The position numbers and the translations under genes are program-made. From contig JBFMFE010000081.1 of the NCBI GenBank assembly GCA_040752295.1, forward strand, positions 1 through 52,063: a DNA stretch of 52,063 nucleotides, in the 5' to 3' direction. Positions 25,843 to 36,748 of the stretch are shown piece by piece. Numbering within the stretch: the first letter of the stretch is position 1; the number at the start of each line of letters is the position of its first letter. The notes below the pieces were generated by a model. It saw only the letters and a program-made list of their open reading frames with translations. It made no database searches and had not been told where the DNA came from. The DNA comes from a bacterium (GTDB lineage Bacteria > UBP15 > UBA6099 > JBFMBQ01).

Positions 25843-26682
25843 TCAGGAGTCCTCCTGTCTTATCATTTCCTCCTTCGAAATTCTCACTATTATCTCAAGA
25901 TGAGATTCCGTTTCCCGCTCTATTATGTCGGCTTTCCCCCCAGCCTCCTTTATCTCTTTCAGCGTCTTCTTCATCGCGTCAAAATATTTCCTCGCATCCC
26001 TGAAAAACATCTTTACAGAAGATTGTTTTCTCCTCCTGGCTTCCTTTCTGCTTTTTATCTCCTTCGCAACCCGTTCCGCCTGCCTCACATTCAACGAGTC
26101 TTTGATTATCCTGTCATAAACCTCTTCCTGTTGAGACACGTCATCAATAGAAAGCAGCGCCTTACCATGACCCATGGATATTAGCTCCTGCCTCAATCCG
26201 TTTTTTATCCTCTCAGGCAACGATTGCAATCTCAAAATGTTCGCCACGTGCGATCTGCTTTTCCCGACCCTCCTTGAAATTTCTTCCTGGGCTAACCCGA
26301 ACTTCTTCGACAGAACTGAATACGCATCCGATTCCTCCACCGGGTTCAGATTCTTTCTCTGAATGTTTTCTATCAAGCTCATCTCAGCCACGTCAATCCC
26401 GTCCACGTCAACCACTATCGCAGGTATCCTTTCCTGCCCCGCGTCCTTCACAGCCATCAATCTCCTCTCGCCGGCTACGAGTTGATACCCCCCCTCCGTT
26501 CTCCTCACCACTATCGGCTGTACAAGTCCGTGTGTCTTCACCGACTCTGACAGCTCCCCTATTTCCGCCTTTTCAAAATCCCTTCTCGGCTGAAAAGGAT
26601 TTCTGCTTATCCTCTCAATCTCTATATGAACAATCTCCAGGTTTTTCAACTGTGCACCCCCCGTCTTAACTTCGTTTGTCAT
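25843..26682 (-). CDS. Second ParB-family protein (in the position noc occupies in Firmicutes)
   Basis: NPFQPRRDF, LVAGERRLMA, LIENIQRKNLNP, SRSHVANILRL, MGHGKALL. Confidence 0.9.
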   Translation of the reverse strand: MTNEVKTGGAQLKNLEIVHIEIERISRNPFQPRRDFEKAEIGELSESVKTHGLVQPIVVRRTEGGYQLVAGERRLMAVKDAGQERIPAIVVDVDGIDVAEMSLIENIQRKNLNPVEESDAYSVLSKKFGLAQEEISRRVGKSRSHVANILRLQSLPERIKNGLRQELISMGHGKALLSIDDVSQQEEVYDRIIKDSLNVRQAERVAKEIKSRKEARRRKQSSVKMFFRDARKYFDAMKKTLKEIKEAGGKADIIERETESHLEIIVRISKEEMIRQEDS

Positions 26683-26720
26683 ACATTACACCATATCTTC
26701 ATCTTTATCAATATATCAAA

Positions 26721-26736
26721 TGTTCCACGGGGAACA
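26721..26736. promoter_or_regulatory. parS site (near-consensus)
   Basis: TGTTCCACGGGGAACA, one mismatch to TGTTCCACGTGGAACA, just upstream of the parB pair. Confidence 0.75.
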
Positions 26737-26745
26737 TTTCTCGCC

Positions 26746-27411
26746 TCATCCCTTTCTTCCCATCACGTGCAGCCTCCTTCTCTTTCTAAGCCCTTTTATA
26801 TCGTAATCGTAATTTGCTATTAAATAAAACCCCCTCCGTACAAGATAGTTTACGTCCACGTCGTCCGTTTCCGTCTTGAACGCAATGAGCCGCCCATTCA
26901 CCCTTAAAATGTTACCCGCGAATTTCAGCATCTTTTCCACGCTCCCCACCGCCCTCACCGTTACAACGTCAAATTTAGCCTCCTCTTTTTCTATTACCAT
27001 CTCCTCGGCCCTCTGGTTTCTGACGGCAACGTCCTTCAAGCCGATATCCTTTATTATCTCAATCAGTGCCTTCGCCTTTTTCCCCCTCGACTCGACCATC
27101 ACCACCCGCGGCCCACGAAGAACGATTTTCAAGGGTATCGCCGGAAGACCACCCCCCGAACCCACGTCGCACAGCCTGTCATTTTCCCCTATCAATCCCC
27201 ACTTTAACGGACTCAACGAATCCATCACATGATAACGCACGAAGTCTTCTTCTCCAATTTCCGATATGAGATTGACTTTCCTTTTGTAAAACATAATAGT
27301 CCTGTAATATCTCAACAGATGCAAAACCGTCTCGGTGGAACAGATTTCTAAATGGAGGAACTCGTTTATTTCTTCCTTTATACGGTCAGCTTCGCCCTGC
27401 TCTTTTATCAT
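26746..27411 (-). CDS. rsmG: 16S rRNA m7G527 methyltransferase
   Basis: [27 protein letters not shown]; follows mnmG. Confidence 0.93.
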   Translation of the reverse strand: MIKEQGEADRIKEEINEFLHLEICSTETVLHLLRYYRTIMFYKRKVNLISEIGEEDFVRYHVMDSLSPLKWGLIGENDRLCDVGSGGGLPAIPLKIVLRGPRVVMVESRGKKAKALIEIIKDIGLKDVAVRNQRAEEMVIEKEEAKFDVVTVRAVGSVEKMLKFAGNILRVNGRLIAFKTETDDVDVNYLVRRGFYLIANYDYDIKGLRKRRRLHVMGRKG

Positions 27412-29227
27412 GCCTCTTCACGTAATAGATAAGCATCATAACATCGGCAGGCGTAACGCCCGGCATCCTCGCCGCCATGCCAACACTTGATGGTTCCGCT
27501 CTTTCAAGTTTCTCCCGCGCCTCTTTTGACAACCCCTTTAAATTCTTGTACTCAAAACCATCGGGTATCCTAAGGTTTTCGTTTTTCAGAAATTCGCTCG
27601 CCTGCTTCTGCTGTTTCTTTATATACCCCTCGTACTTTATTTCAACCTCTATTCTCTCCGCAACGTCATCGTCTGTCAAGTCATAATCGAACCCATGCTC
27701 TACAACATCTTTCATTTTAATTCCTGGTTTCTTCAACAATTCAAACGCGCTTTCCGCCTTCAACCCATTCTGTTTCACGTGGAACAGCTTCAATCTTTCA
27801 ATTTCTTCACCCATCTTTTTCCTTTTTAACTCGACCTTTTTGTAAAATTCCCCGGATAGAAGCCCGCACCCGAACCCCTTTTCCGCTAACCTCAGGTCCG
27901 CATTATCAAACCTCAACAAAAGTCTGTACTCAGCCCTCGATGTGAACATCCTGTAAGGTTCCTTCGTCCCTTTAGTAACAAGATCGTCAATCAAAACACC
28001 AATATATGCGTCCGAGCGATTAAGAATAAACGGTTCCCCTCCACGACAAGCAATGGCTGAATTTATACCAGCAATAATCCCCTGTGCCGCCGCTTCTTCG
28101 TAACCTGATGTTCCGTTTATCTGCCCCGCAAAAAACAGCCCTTTTATTCTTTTGCTTTCAAGTGTCGGCTCCAACTGCGTCGGGTCTGCAAAGTCGTATT
28201 CTATTGCATAGCCCGGCCTCATAATCTCCGCCTCTTCAAGCCCTGGAATTGTCATTAAAATCTCTTTCTGCACGTCTATTGGAAGACTCGTTGATAATCC
28301 CTGAATGTATATCTCTTTCGTTTCGATGCCCTCCGGCTCAAGAAATACCGGGTGCTTCTCTCTATCGGGGAACCTGCTGAACTTGTCCTCTATGGAAGGG
28401 CAGTACCGAGGTCCGATTCCGACTATTCTCCCGGAATACATCGGTGACCGATGTATGTTTCTCATAATAACTTCCTTCGTTTTCTCCGTTGTGTACGTCT
28501 GCCAGCAGGATACACTTTTTTTCCTTTTTCCGTGTTTTAAAAAATTGGTAAAAAACAATTCGCCTTCCTCGGATTTCTGCTCCGTACATTTGCTGAAATC
28601 TATTCCCCTTGCATTCACTCTCGGTACCGTTCCCGTCTTTAAACGTCCCATGCTGAATCCCAATTCTTCAAGTGACCTCGAAAGCTTCACGGAAGGGAAC
28701 TCACCAAGCCTTCCCGCCCCGAATGTTGCCTCTCCAATGTGAATCAGCCCATTCAGAAACGTACCCGTCGTCAATATGAGACTGTCGCAATTGAATTTTT
28801 CCCCCGTGCTTAGCATGACGCCTGAAACATGGTCGCCCCCGACAAGTATGCGTTCGACAAAGTCCTGTCGCAACGAAACGTTGTTTTGGTATTCCAAAAT
28901 ATGCTTCATTCTAAGGTGGTATGCCTTCTTGTCCGTTTGCGCGCGCAGGGCGCGCACCGCCGGGCCTTTGCTCGTGTTCAACATCCTCACGTGTATCATC
29001 GTCTCGTCCACGTTCTTTCCCATCTCGCCGCCAAGCGCGTCTATCTCCCTCACCAAATGACCTTTGCCGGGACCGCCTATGCTCGGATTGCACGGCATAT
29101 GTGCTACCGTATCCAGGTTGATCGTCACCATCAGCGTTCGACACCCCATACGCGCCGCCGCAAGCCCCGCTTCACATCCCGCATGTCCGGCGCCGACAAC
29201 TATTACGTCGTAAGCCTCTTTTTTCAT
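27386..29227 (-). CDS. mnmG: tRNA uridine-5-carboxymethylaminomethyl synthesis enzyme MnmG (GidA)
   Basis: [50 protein letters not shown]. Confidence 0.98.
   Translation of the reverse strand: MKKEAYDVIVVGAGHAGCEAGLAAARMGCRTLMVTINLDTVAHMPCNPSIGGPGKGHLVREIDALGGEMGKNVDETMIHVRMLNTSKGPAVRALRAQTDKKAYHLRMKHILEYQNNVSLRQDFVERILVGGDHVSGVMLSTGEKFNCDSLILTTGTFLNGLIHIGEATFGAGRLGEFPSVKLSRSLEELGFSMGRLKTGTVPRVNARGIDFSKCTEQKSEEGELFFTNFLKHGKRKKSVSCWQTYTTEKTKEVIMRNIHRSPMYSGRIVGIGPRYCPSIEDKFSRFPDREKHPVFLEPEGIETKEIYIQGLSTSLPIDVQKEILMTIPGLEEAEIMRPGYAIEYDFADPTQLEPTLESKRIKGLFFAGQINGTSGYEEAAAQGIIAGINSAIACRGGEPFILNRSDAYIGVLIDDLVTKGTKEPYRMFTSRAEYRLLLRFDNADLRLAEKGFGCGLLSGEFYKKVELKRKKMGEEIERLKLFHVKQNGLKAESAFELLKKPGIKMKDVVEHGFDYDLTDDDVAERIEVEIKYEGYIKKQQKQASEFLKNENLRIPDGFEYKNLKGLSKEAREKLERAEPSSVGMAARMPGVTPADVMMLIYYVKRHDKRAGRS
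27771..27786. promoter_or_regulatory. parS site (consensus) inside mnmG
   Basis: TGTTTCACGTGGAACA. Confidence 0.85.
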
Positions 29228-30600
29228 TTTCCCACGCAAAACCTGGTGAATATATCTTCCAGAACCCGTTCGGTTACCCCTTCACCCATCATATCCCCCA
29301 GAGCCGACGCGGCTCTCCTCAGGTCTATCGCCAGCACATCAACCGGAACCCCCTCGGACACCAGGACGTCGTCAAGCGCCTCCACCGCCGTCTCAACACA
29401 CCTCTTCTGCCTCTCATTCGCAAGCGACGCTTCTACGTCAACTTCGAGTCTTTCGACGACCCTCTCTCTGATTATCCCTCTTAAATCTCCCACTCCATCA
29501 CCCGTAAGCGCTGAAGTCATCACCACCCCCGCGCCGAGCTTCTCCAGTTCCATCGCGTCGAGCGCCCTCGGAAGATCGGTCTTGTTAACCACTATCCTGA
29601 CGCCCCCCATGCCGCAAACATGTCCAAGCGCCTCCCTCACGCCCTCGTTCATCGGAACCGAAGCGTCAAGAATGAAAAAAACGAGATCGGCGTCATTCAT
29701 GAACTCCCTTGTTCTCCTGATTCCTTCTCTTTCCACAACATCCTCCGTCTCGGCAATTCCCGCCGTGTCCATAAGAAGAACGTCCATTCCCCCCATCCTC
29801 AGCCAGTCGCCCACAAGGTCCCTCGTCGTTCCCGGCACCGGCGTCACTATTACCCTGTCTTTTTCCAGCAATCTGTTCATCAAACTCGATTTTCCCACGT
29901 TGGGAGGACCCACAAGCGCCACTTTCACCCCCTCGCGAATCACCCGCGTGCTCCCGTACGAGCGCAGCAGCGCCTCCAGTCTTTCCTTCGCCTCCCGCGC
30001 GGCTGTCTTAACCTGAACCTCGGAAACCACCTCGTACGATTCATCGGGATACTCTATCTCGACCTCGATGCCGGCAATCAACGACACCAGCCTGTCCATC
30101 TCACCCCTCATCCTCTCGCTGAGGCTGCCCTGAAGGTTCCTCACGGACATTCCCAGGAACTTCTCGTTCCTCGCCGTTATCACGTCCAAAACCGCTTCCG
30201 CCTGCATGAGGTCAATCTTCCCGTTCAGATACGCCCTCATGGTGAATTCCCCCCTCTCCGCCAACCTCGCCCCGGCGTCCAGGACCGCCCCCAGTACTCT
30301 CTCCGACACCAGTATGCCTCCATGCCCGTAAATCTCCACCGCGTCCTCCCCCGTATAGCTCGCGGGACCCTCGAACCTCACAGCCTGCACGTCGTCCACC
30401 TCGACTCCGTCGCGCGGTCTGACGATTACGCCCCGGTACGTAACCCTCGGCTTCATGGTCTCAATGCTCTTCCCCCTCGCGCGCCTGAAAACCCTCCGCA
30501 GAACGTCGAAAGATTCACCGCCCGATATCCTCACGACGCACAACGCCGCCTCGCCCCGGGGCGTGGATATCGCCGCAATCGTGTCTTCCACGGTACTCAT
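29224..30600 (-). CDS. mnmE: tRNA modification GTPase MnmE
   Basis: [31 protein letters not shown]-terminal FCVGK. Confidence 0.97.
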   Translation of the reverse strand: MSTVEDTIAAISTPRGEAALCVVRISGGESFDVLRRVFRRARGKSIETMKPRVTYRGVIVRPRDGVEVDDVQAVRFEGPASYTGEDAVEIYGHGGILVSERVLGAVLDAGARLAERGEFTMRAYLNGKIDLMQAEAVLDVITARNEKFLGMSVRNLQGSLSERMRGEMDRLVSLIAGIEVEIEYPDESYEVVSEVQVKTAAREAKERLEALLRSYGSTRVIREGVKVALVGPPNVGKSSLMNRLLEKDRVIVTPVPGTTRDLVGDWLRMGGMDVLLMDTAGIAETEDVVEREGIRRTREFMNDADLVFFILDASVPMNEGVREALGHVCGMGGVRIVVNKTDLPRALDAMELEKLGAGVVMTSALTGDGVGDLRGIIRERVVERLEVDVEASLANERQKRCVETAVEALDDVLVSEGVPVDVLAIDLRRAASALGDMMGEGVTERVLEDIFTRFCVGK

Positions 30601-31009
30601 CGCTCTTTCGTCCGCTCCCGTCGCTTCGTCCACTTAATTTTAAAAAAAACATTACGTCATTAAAACTTCTGAAACCAAACTTTCTCCGCTTCACGTCGTA
30701 TTCGACACCCCGCTTCTCCGAACCTCGACGCATCGCTGAAAACACCCCTGCCGAAAACGAAGCCGGCGCCCCCGCACGTCAGCCGTTCTCGACAGGGCAG
30801 GGGGGGGCGCGGTCAGCCCCTGCTATAAGCATGCAATAGATTCAGCCTCGAAACGCTGGATTCGTTTTAAACACTTAGAAATCGCCCGGGACGGATGTTA
30901 AGTTGAAATTCTTTCGCTTTCCTGTCTTTTTCTGCCGTAATCTTTTTTTTCTATGCTCATTCAAACCCGTCGCAATCCCGCTCCCTCAAACACACCCCGC
31001 GTCTACCCT

Positions 31010-31651
31010 TCACTTCTCCCTGTACGAAATGATCACCTTCCTGTCTTTCCCCGTTCCCTCGCTATGGGTCCTCACCCTTTTGCTGTCCGACAGCGCCATG
31101 TGTATGGTTCTTCTATCATGCGCGGACATGGGGTCGAGTACAACACTTTTCTTCGTCTTCATAACCTTGATCGCCAGGCTCTTCGCCATCTTCGTGAGGG
31201 AAATCCTCCGCTTCTCCCTGTAACCTTCGGCGTCGAGAACCACTTTTCTGGCGCCCCCTCCCGACGCTCTCTTTCCAAGAACCACGTTCGTGATGTATTC
31301 CAGACTGTCGAGGGTCTGTCCGAACCGTCCGATCAATATACCCGCCTCTTCGCCTTCAATGCGCGCACTCAGGTAATCCCCGCAATCCTCCACGGCGACC
31401 TTTCCCTTTACCCCAATCAAGTCAATGACTTTCTCGAGAAATTCCCTCAACGCCTCCACTTCATCCCTCTCCTTCACCTTCACCTTCAGTTTCACCCCCC
31501 TCGCTCCCATCAGCCCGAAAAGCCTCGCGCCCCCCTCCTCAACAACCTCGACCTCCACCTGGTCCCTCGAAACATTCAACCGCCTCAATGCCGCCTCCAG
31601 CGCTTCCTCTCGTGTCTTTCCCTCCTGAACGATTTGATCCATGCTCACCAC
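31010..31651 (-). CDS. jag: Jag/KhpB RNA-binding protein
   Basis: Jag_N (GKT.EEA), KH (LIGRFGQTLDSL), R3H (RRTIH..S.G..R). Confidence 0.93.
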   Translation of the reverse strand: MVSMDQIVQEGKTREEALEAALRRLNVSRDQVEVEVVEEGGARLFGLMGARGVKLKVKVKERDEVEALREFLEKVIDLIGVKGKVAVEDCGDYLSARIEGEEAGILIGRFGQTLDSLEYITNVVLGKRASGGGARKVVLDAEGYREKRRISLTKMAKSLAIKVMKTKKSVVLDPMSAHDRRTIHMALSDSKRVRTHSEGTGKDRKVIISYREK

Positions 31652-32601
31652 TACCTTTTCTTCTTTTTCCTCTTCTTCCTCTTCTTCTTTTTGCCTTTCC
31701 CCGTGTTTTTCCCGGCGCCGCCCGCCTTCACGTGTTCGCCGCCCTTCTTCGCCGCCCCCATATCGTGCGCCCGCCCACCCGCCGCGCCCGCAGCCTTCCC
31801 ATCACCGCCGGCTCCCTCAACCGCCCGCTTCTCCCCACTCCGCCCGCCCCCAACGGTTTTCACACCCCCCGCCACACTTTTCTGCTGCGACATGAACTTC
31901 TGCTGCGCGAGCTGAAGAAAATTCGAAACCCCCCAGTACAACAGCACCCCGGCCGGCATCGTGAAGGATATGACGACGATGAAAACGTTGAACATCATCA
32001 TCTGGCTCGACTGCGCGGTATCCATCATCATCATCTTCTGCTGAACGATTGTCGTGACGCTCATGAAAACGACAAGCACAAGCGTGGGCAGGTAAAGGTA
32101 CGACTGGTGGAAAAATCCGATACCCCACTCCCCAAGAATTGAAAGATTCACCATTCCCGGCAGCAACAGCGACAGCCCCGACAGGAAATCCCCCGACAGC
32201 CGGTTAAACGCGGCGGTCATCAGGTCCATCCCGTAAAACGTCGCGTTGACGAACATGTAACCGTTCGCCTCCGGTATCCTCAATATCCGAAAAAGAACGA
32301 TGAAAATCGGCAGCTGTATCACCAGCGGCAGGCACCCGCTCAGCGGGTTCACCCCCGCCTCCTTATACAGCGCCATCATTTCCTTGTGCAGCCTTTCTTT
32401 GTCACCCCTGTATTTAGCCTGCAGTTCCTTCAGCCTCGGCTGAATCTTCTGCATCGCCGCCATGGACCTCGTACTGCTCAGAGTCAGGGGGAATATCAGG
32501 ACCCGGATGAGTACGGTCAGAATGATGATGTCCCATCCGTAATTGTGGGTAAACCTGTTTGAAAACTCCAGAAAATAAAGGAAGATTTCCGTTAGACCCA
32601 C
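31651..32601 (-). CDS. yidC: Membrane protein insertase YidC (short type, no large periplasmic domain)
   Basis: GW.IIILT..R, GVNPLSGCLP..IQLPI, PAGVLLYW; basic C-terminal tail. Confidence 0.93.
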   Translation of the reverse strand: MGLTEIFLYFLEFSNRFTHNYGWDIIILTVLIRVLIFPLTLSSTRSMAAMQKIQPRLKELQAKYRGDKERLHKEMMALYKEAGVNPLSGCLPLVIQLPIFIVLFRILRIPEANGYMFVNATFYGMDLMTAAFNRLSGDFLSGLSLLLPGMVNLSILGEWGIGFFHQSYLYLPTLVLVVFMSVTTIVQQKMMMMDTAQSSQMMMFNVFIVVISFTMPAGVLLYWGVSNFLQLAQQKFMSQQKSVAGGVKTVGGGRSGEKRAVEGAGGDGKAAGAAGGRAHDMGAAKKGGEHVKAGGAGKNTGKGKKKKRKKRKKKKR

Positions 32602-32617
32602 GGTTCCGACCGGCTAT

Positions 32618-32824
32618 CTACGCAGGGTCATGTCCGCCGCGCGATAAAGGATTGCATCTCAATATCCTGTACACCGCCCTTGCGCCTCCCCTCAGAGCGC
32701 CGTACTTCCTTATACTCTCAACGGCGTACTCCGAGCAGGACGGTACGTACTTACACACAGGTGGAAACAGCGCCGATATGGACGACTGGTAAATCCTTAT
32801 CAGAAATATCAGTACTGTTCTCAT
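32618..32824 (-). CDS. yidD: Membrane protein insertion efficiency factor YidD
   Basis: CKYVPSCSEY..RILRCNP..GG.DP; start at MRTVL. Confidence 0.93.
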   Translation of the reverse strand: MRTVLIFLIRIYQSSISALFPPVCKYVPSCSEYAVESIRKYGALRGGARAVYRILRCNPLSRGGHDPA

Positions 32825-33147
32825 TTTTTCCTTCTTAACCCCTCTAAAAGCATCCTCGCCTCTCTCCTCGCGGCGTCTGCCGAGCCGCTCGACGCGTCGC
32901 CCCTGCACAGTATAACCACGTCAGTCCCGCCCAGCTCCCCCGCCACTCGTCTCAACTCCTCCCGCAGAACCCTCTTAAACCGGTTCCTCCTCACCGCCCC
33001 ACCCACGCCGCCGCTGACTATTATGCAGTGCCTCACACCCCTGTCCCCGCTCTCAAGGGCTAAAACCGTCACACGACCCCTTCGTGTTCTTCTCCCGTCC
33101 CTGAAAACCCTCTCTACGTCCTCCCTGTTCCTGAGCGTCGCTTTCAC
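32821..33147 (-). CDS. rnpA: Ribonuclease P protein component
   Basis: AVRRNRFKRVLRE RNR motif; lies between rpmH and yidD. Confidence 0.88.
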   Translation of the reverse strand: MKATLRNREDVERVFRDGRRTRRGRVTVLALESGDRGVRHCIIVSGGVGGAVRRNRFKRVLREELRRVAGELGGTDVVILCRGDASSGSADAARREARMLLEGLRRKK

Positions 33148-33151
33148 GCCG

Positions 33152-33286
33152 TTAAACCGAAACCCTCTTCCTTCCCTTCCGCCGCCTCGAGGAAACTATC
33201 TTCCTCCCCGGCCTGGTGGACATGCGCTTCAGAAAACCGTGTTTTCTCTTCCTCTTCCTCACGCTCGGTTTGTAGGTCGGCCTCAT
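33152..33286 (-). CDS. rpmH: 50S ribosomal protein L34
   Basis: [31 protein letters not shown]. Confidence 0.96.
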   Translation of the reverse strand: MRPTYKPSVRKRKRKHGFLKRMSTRPGRKIVSSRRRKGRKRVSV

Positions 33287-33323
33287 CGCCCCTCCCCGCA
33301 TAAACAGTAAAAGCCGTTTACGT

Positions 33324-33353
33324 ATTATATATTCGCCGCTTCGAGGTTCACAA
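33324..33353 (-). promoter_or_regulatory. Putative rpmH promoter
   Basis: TTGTGA-N18-TATAAT on the minus strand. Confidence 0.45.
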
Positions 33354-33376
33354 CCGGAAACCAAAAAAAAGAACCA

Positions 33377-33405
33377 TTGCCAAAGACTCACCCATCTGTT
33401 ATATT
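33377..33405 (+). promoter_or_regulatory. Putative dnaA promoter
   Basis: TTGCCA-N17-TATATT with TGn extension. Confidence 0.55.
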
Positions 33406-33502
33406 CTCATGGTTGAATATCAAGACCTGCTCTCCACGACCGACCGCGTCGTAAGGACAGCGGGCTTTCGGGGATACTTAGAACAATAGATGGGGGGATT
33501 CC

Positions 33503-34855
33503 GTGCCTCTTGAATCTGTATGGAAAAAAACGCTCTCCCTTCTCGAAAAGAAGATGAACCGCCCCGCGTTCGAACTCTTCATGAAGCGGATCGTCCCCGT
33601 GTCGCTCTCCGATAACACCCTCTACCTCAAAGTGCCCGGCGCGCTCTCAATGAACTACCTCGACGAATACAAGAGCCTTATCGAGGACGCCTCCTCCGAA
33701 GCCGCCGGCACGCGCGTCTCGGTGATCGCCTCGCACGGAGACACCGGCGCCGCCCCGGAACCTTCCCCCGGCGCCGCCCACTTTCCTCTTCCTCCAGCCG
33801 CAGCCGCGCCGCACCAGAAACAGCGCAGGAGGGGCACGCCCTTCCTTAACCCGAAGTACACCTTTGAAAACTTCGTCGTGGGGTCGAGCAACCGGCTGTG
33901 TCACGCCGCGTCCCTTTCCGTGGCGGAGGCGCCCGGCAAATCTTACAACCCGCTCTTCATCTACGGCGGCGTGGGACTCGGTAAAACACACGTGATGCAG
34001 GCGATCGGTCACTATATCATCAACACGAAGCCGCATCTCAACCTCGATTACGTTACCACAGATGCGTTCATCCACGAAATGATGAACTTCGTACAGGAGG
34101 GTAAACTCCTCGATTTCAGGAACAAGTACCTCCGGTCCGACGTGCTCCTCATTGACGACATCCAATTCGTTCAGGGCAGAGAGGGCACACAGTACGAATT
34201 CTTCCAGATTTTCAACTCGTTTTACGAGTCGAAAAAGCAGATAGTCATAACCTGCGACAGGCTCCCGAAGGACATACCGACGCTCGAAGACCGTCTCGTC
34301 TCCCGCCTCAACTGGGGACTCATCGCGGATATAAAGCCGCCCGACTTCGAAACCCGGCTCGTAATATTAAAAAAGAACGTCGAAAACTCAGCGGTCGCAA
34401 TACCGGAGGAAGCACTCGAGCTTATAGCGTCAACCGTTAAATCCAACATACGCGACCTCGAAGGCACCCTTAACAGAGTCATCGCTCACGCCAGTCTCAG
34501 CAGCAGGGAAATAACCACCTCCCTCACCAGGGAAATCATCAACGATATCGTACCTTTAAAAGCGCCGCTGACCTCGAATATACAATCAATAATAAACGAG
34601 GTCTCCGTCTACTTCGGCGTCGAACCGGAGGATCTCATCGGCAGAAGAAGAAAAAGAGAGATTGTCATGCCCAGAATGATCGCCATGTTCCTCGCCAGGG
34701 AGATGACCGACAGAACTCTGTCGCAGATAGGAAAGGAATTCGGAAACAAGGACCACTCATCCGTTCTTTACTCATGCGAGAAAATAGAACGTGAGTTGCA
34801 GCGCGACTCGTCTGTTCAGCTGGCGATTGATAACATAAAATCAAGGCTTATATGA
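33503..34855 (+). CDS. dnaA: Chromosomal replication initiator DnaA
   Basis: YTFENFVVG, NPLFIYGGVGLGKTH, LLIDDIQF, NIRDLEG, domain IV KDHSSV. Confidence 0.98.
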   Translation: MPLESVWKKTLSLLEKKMNRPAFELFMKRIVPVSLSDNTLYLKVPGALSMNYLDEYKSLIEDASSEAAGTRVSVIASHGDTGAAPEPSPGAAHFPLPPAAAAPHQKQRRRGTPFLNPKYTFENFVVGSSNRLCHAASLSVAEAPGKSYNPLFIYGGVGLGKTHVMQAIGHYIINTKPHLNLDYVTTDAFIHEMMNFVQEGKLLDFRNKYLRSDVLLIDDIQFVQGREGTQYEFFQIFNSFYESKKQIVITCDRLPKDIPTLEDRLVSRLNWGLIADIKPPDFETRLVILKKNVENSAVAIPEEALELIASTVKSNIRDLEGTLNRVIAHASLSSREITTSLTREIINDIVPLKAPLTSNIQSIINEVSVYFGVEPEDLIGRRRKREIVMPRMIAMFLAREMTDRTLSQIGKEFGNKDHSSVLYSCEKIERELQRDSSVQLAIDNIKSRLI

Positions 34856-35088
34856 TGCGCCGGGCGTCTGAAGTGAGGCATAATGATTTGAAAGAAACAA
34901 AGAGGAAACGTGGGTTTTTGGAAGGCAGGTTAAAACGTGAAAAACCACGTTGTTTTCCAATTTGCCGTGTGTGAAAATTCTTGTGTTAGCAACGCCGTGA
35001 AAATGAGATTTACACTTTTTAACAGCTTAATATATTTGTTTTTAAATTTTAAATTTGAAAACGTATATAATTAAAGGAGGATTAAGTC
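34856..35088. other. Candidate oriC (dnaA-dnaN intergenic region)
   Basis: Degenerate DnaA-box-like 9-mers at 34936, 34970, 34996 and 35016, then a very AT-rich tract at about 35025-35075; no perfect TTATCCACA. Confidence 0.55.
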
Positions 35089-36195
35089 ATGAAACTCTCG
35101 TGTGAAAGACAAAAGCTCATCGAATCTCTGTCAATAGTTCAAAAAGCCACGGATCCGAAAAGCAGTATTCTGGTGCTCAGAAACGTTTTAATGAAAGCTG
35201 ATGACGGCGGAAACCTCGAGCTTTCCGCCTACGATCACAGGATGGGCATCAGGACGTCAACGACGTGCTCTACGATTGAAACGGGAGCCGTAACCTGTCC
35301 GTGCGATGTGTTGATGGACATTCTTAACGTGGTGGAAGACGACAGCGTGAACCTGTCCGTCGAGGAAGAGATTCTCGATATTGACACGGAAAAACAACAT
35401 TTCAAACTGAACTGTATTTCCGCCGACGACTTTCCGCCGTTTCCGCAGGTGGACGAAAAAACGACCCTCGAGATCAATTCAAAGGCGCTCGAAAAAGGGT
35501 TAAGACAGGCGCTGATAGCGACGGATGAAAACGATCCGAGGGTATACATGGGCGGCGTTTTCTTCGAGAAAGAGGAAGGCGGCGGCATAAATCTCGTCGC
35601 TACGGACGGGAGGAGGCTTTCCATCTCAAAAATAACCGACGAGAATGCGAAGATACCGGAAATCAACATGATCGTTCCTGCGCGGTCTCTGCACGAACTC
35701 GCAAGGTTGATACATGACACGGAGGGTTCCGTTAAAACATGCGTTGGTGAAAGGTCTGTTTCATTCTCCTTCAACAACGTTTATATAGTTTCAAGGCTTA
35801 CGGACGCCGACTACCCGAACTATAGGAGGGCGATTCCGTCGGAGTTCTCGGGCACCGCGAGGATCAACAGGATGAAGCTGACAAAAGCGGTGCGAGGAAC
35901 CGCAATCATGGCGAGATCGAAGGAAACCCAGGGGCTTTTCGAGATGGAATTAAGAGACGAAAGCGTGAAATTTCAGGCGATGACGCTCGATCTCGGAAGT
36001 TCGAACATAGAAGTGGAAGCCCTGAAAAAGGGAAAGGACATAAAGCTCGCGTACAACATAAAGTTCGTAAACGATTTCCTCAACGTAATAGATGATGAGG
36101 AGATCGTTATAGACTACACAAAGGAGTCGGGACCGGCGGTTTTTCATTCCGATAATCCCGGATATTCTTACATCCTCATGCCCGTTCGGATGTAA
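35089..36195 (+). CDS. dnaN: DNA polymerase III beta clamp
   Basis: VATDGRRLS, SRL....YPNY, ILMPVR; follows dnaA. Confidence 0.96.
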   Translation: MKLSCERQKLIESLSIVQKATDPKSSILVLRNVLMKADDGGNLELSAYDHRMGIRTSTTCSTIETGAVTCPCDVLMDILNVVEDDSVNLSVEEEILDIDTEKQHFKLNCISADDFPPFPQVDEKTTLEINSKALEKGLRQALIATDENDPRVYMGGVFFEKEEGGGINLVATDGRRLSISKITDENAKIPEINMIVPARSLHELARLIHDTEGSVKTCVGERSVSFSFNNVYIVSRLTDADYPNYRRAIPSEFSGTARINRMKLTKAVRGTAIMARSKETQGLFEMELRDESVKFQAMTLDLGSSNIEVEALKKGKDIKLAYNIKFVNDFLNVIDDEEIVIDYTKESGPAVFHSDNPGYSYILMPVRM

Positions 36196-36200
36196 AGTCC

Positions 36201-36521
36201 GTGCCTTGCTTTATGCGAATGGACGAGGACTACAAAGAGGTCTCAAAAGTCGTAGAAAAACTCGGCGGAAAATTCAAAATAGAAGAAAAGAGAAAGGAAT
36301 TCAAGGTTCTTTCCCGGTGGAGGGAAATTGCTGGGGGCGAGATGGCGTACAACACAACCCCCCTTTTTATCGTGGACGACACGCTCTATGTTGAAACGCA
36401 GGGGTCATCGTGGTGCCAGGAAGTCATGTTTAAGAAAGACGAAATCGCCGGAAAAATCAACCACATGCTTGGATCACAAAGGGTCAAAAACATCAAATTC
36501 AGGATCACAGAGAGCCGTTAA
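36201..36521 (+). CDS. DUF721 / DciA-like helicase-operating protein
   Basis: W.EIAG..A..T.P....LYV...S.W.QE......I..KIN..LG..V..IKF pattern; lies between dnaN and gyrB; start uncertain. Confidence 0.8.
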   Translation: MPCFMRMDEDYKEVSKVVEKLGGKFKIEEKRKEFKVLSRWREIAGGEMAYNTTPLFIVDDTLYVETQGSSWCQEVMFKKDEIAGKINHMLGSQRVKNIKFRITESR

Positions 36522-36748
36522 AACCGAGCAACCCACATGTTGTTTAAGTGGTGATTTTAAAAGACGAAAAAACCCCAACAAACAGCGACAGCCGGAAGGA
36601 GACACGAAAACGAACGAAACGCAAGGAACACACGCGATCGCACGCGATCGCGTGCCTTATGAATAAAGACCGTGCGTCTACTCTGAAGACGAACGTTAAA
36701 ACCGATGAGGCGATGACATAAGGCGCTAAAAATAAATTTTAAATAACA

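Noticed and set aside
25843-26682. Calling this gene noc
   Set aside because: The position fits, but the specificity residues and N-terminus look ParB-like.
30634-31009. Long jag-mnmE intergenic gap with a G-run hairpin; possible ncRNA or small ORF
   Set aside because: No recognisable RNA family motif and no convincing ORF.
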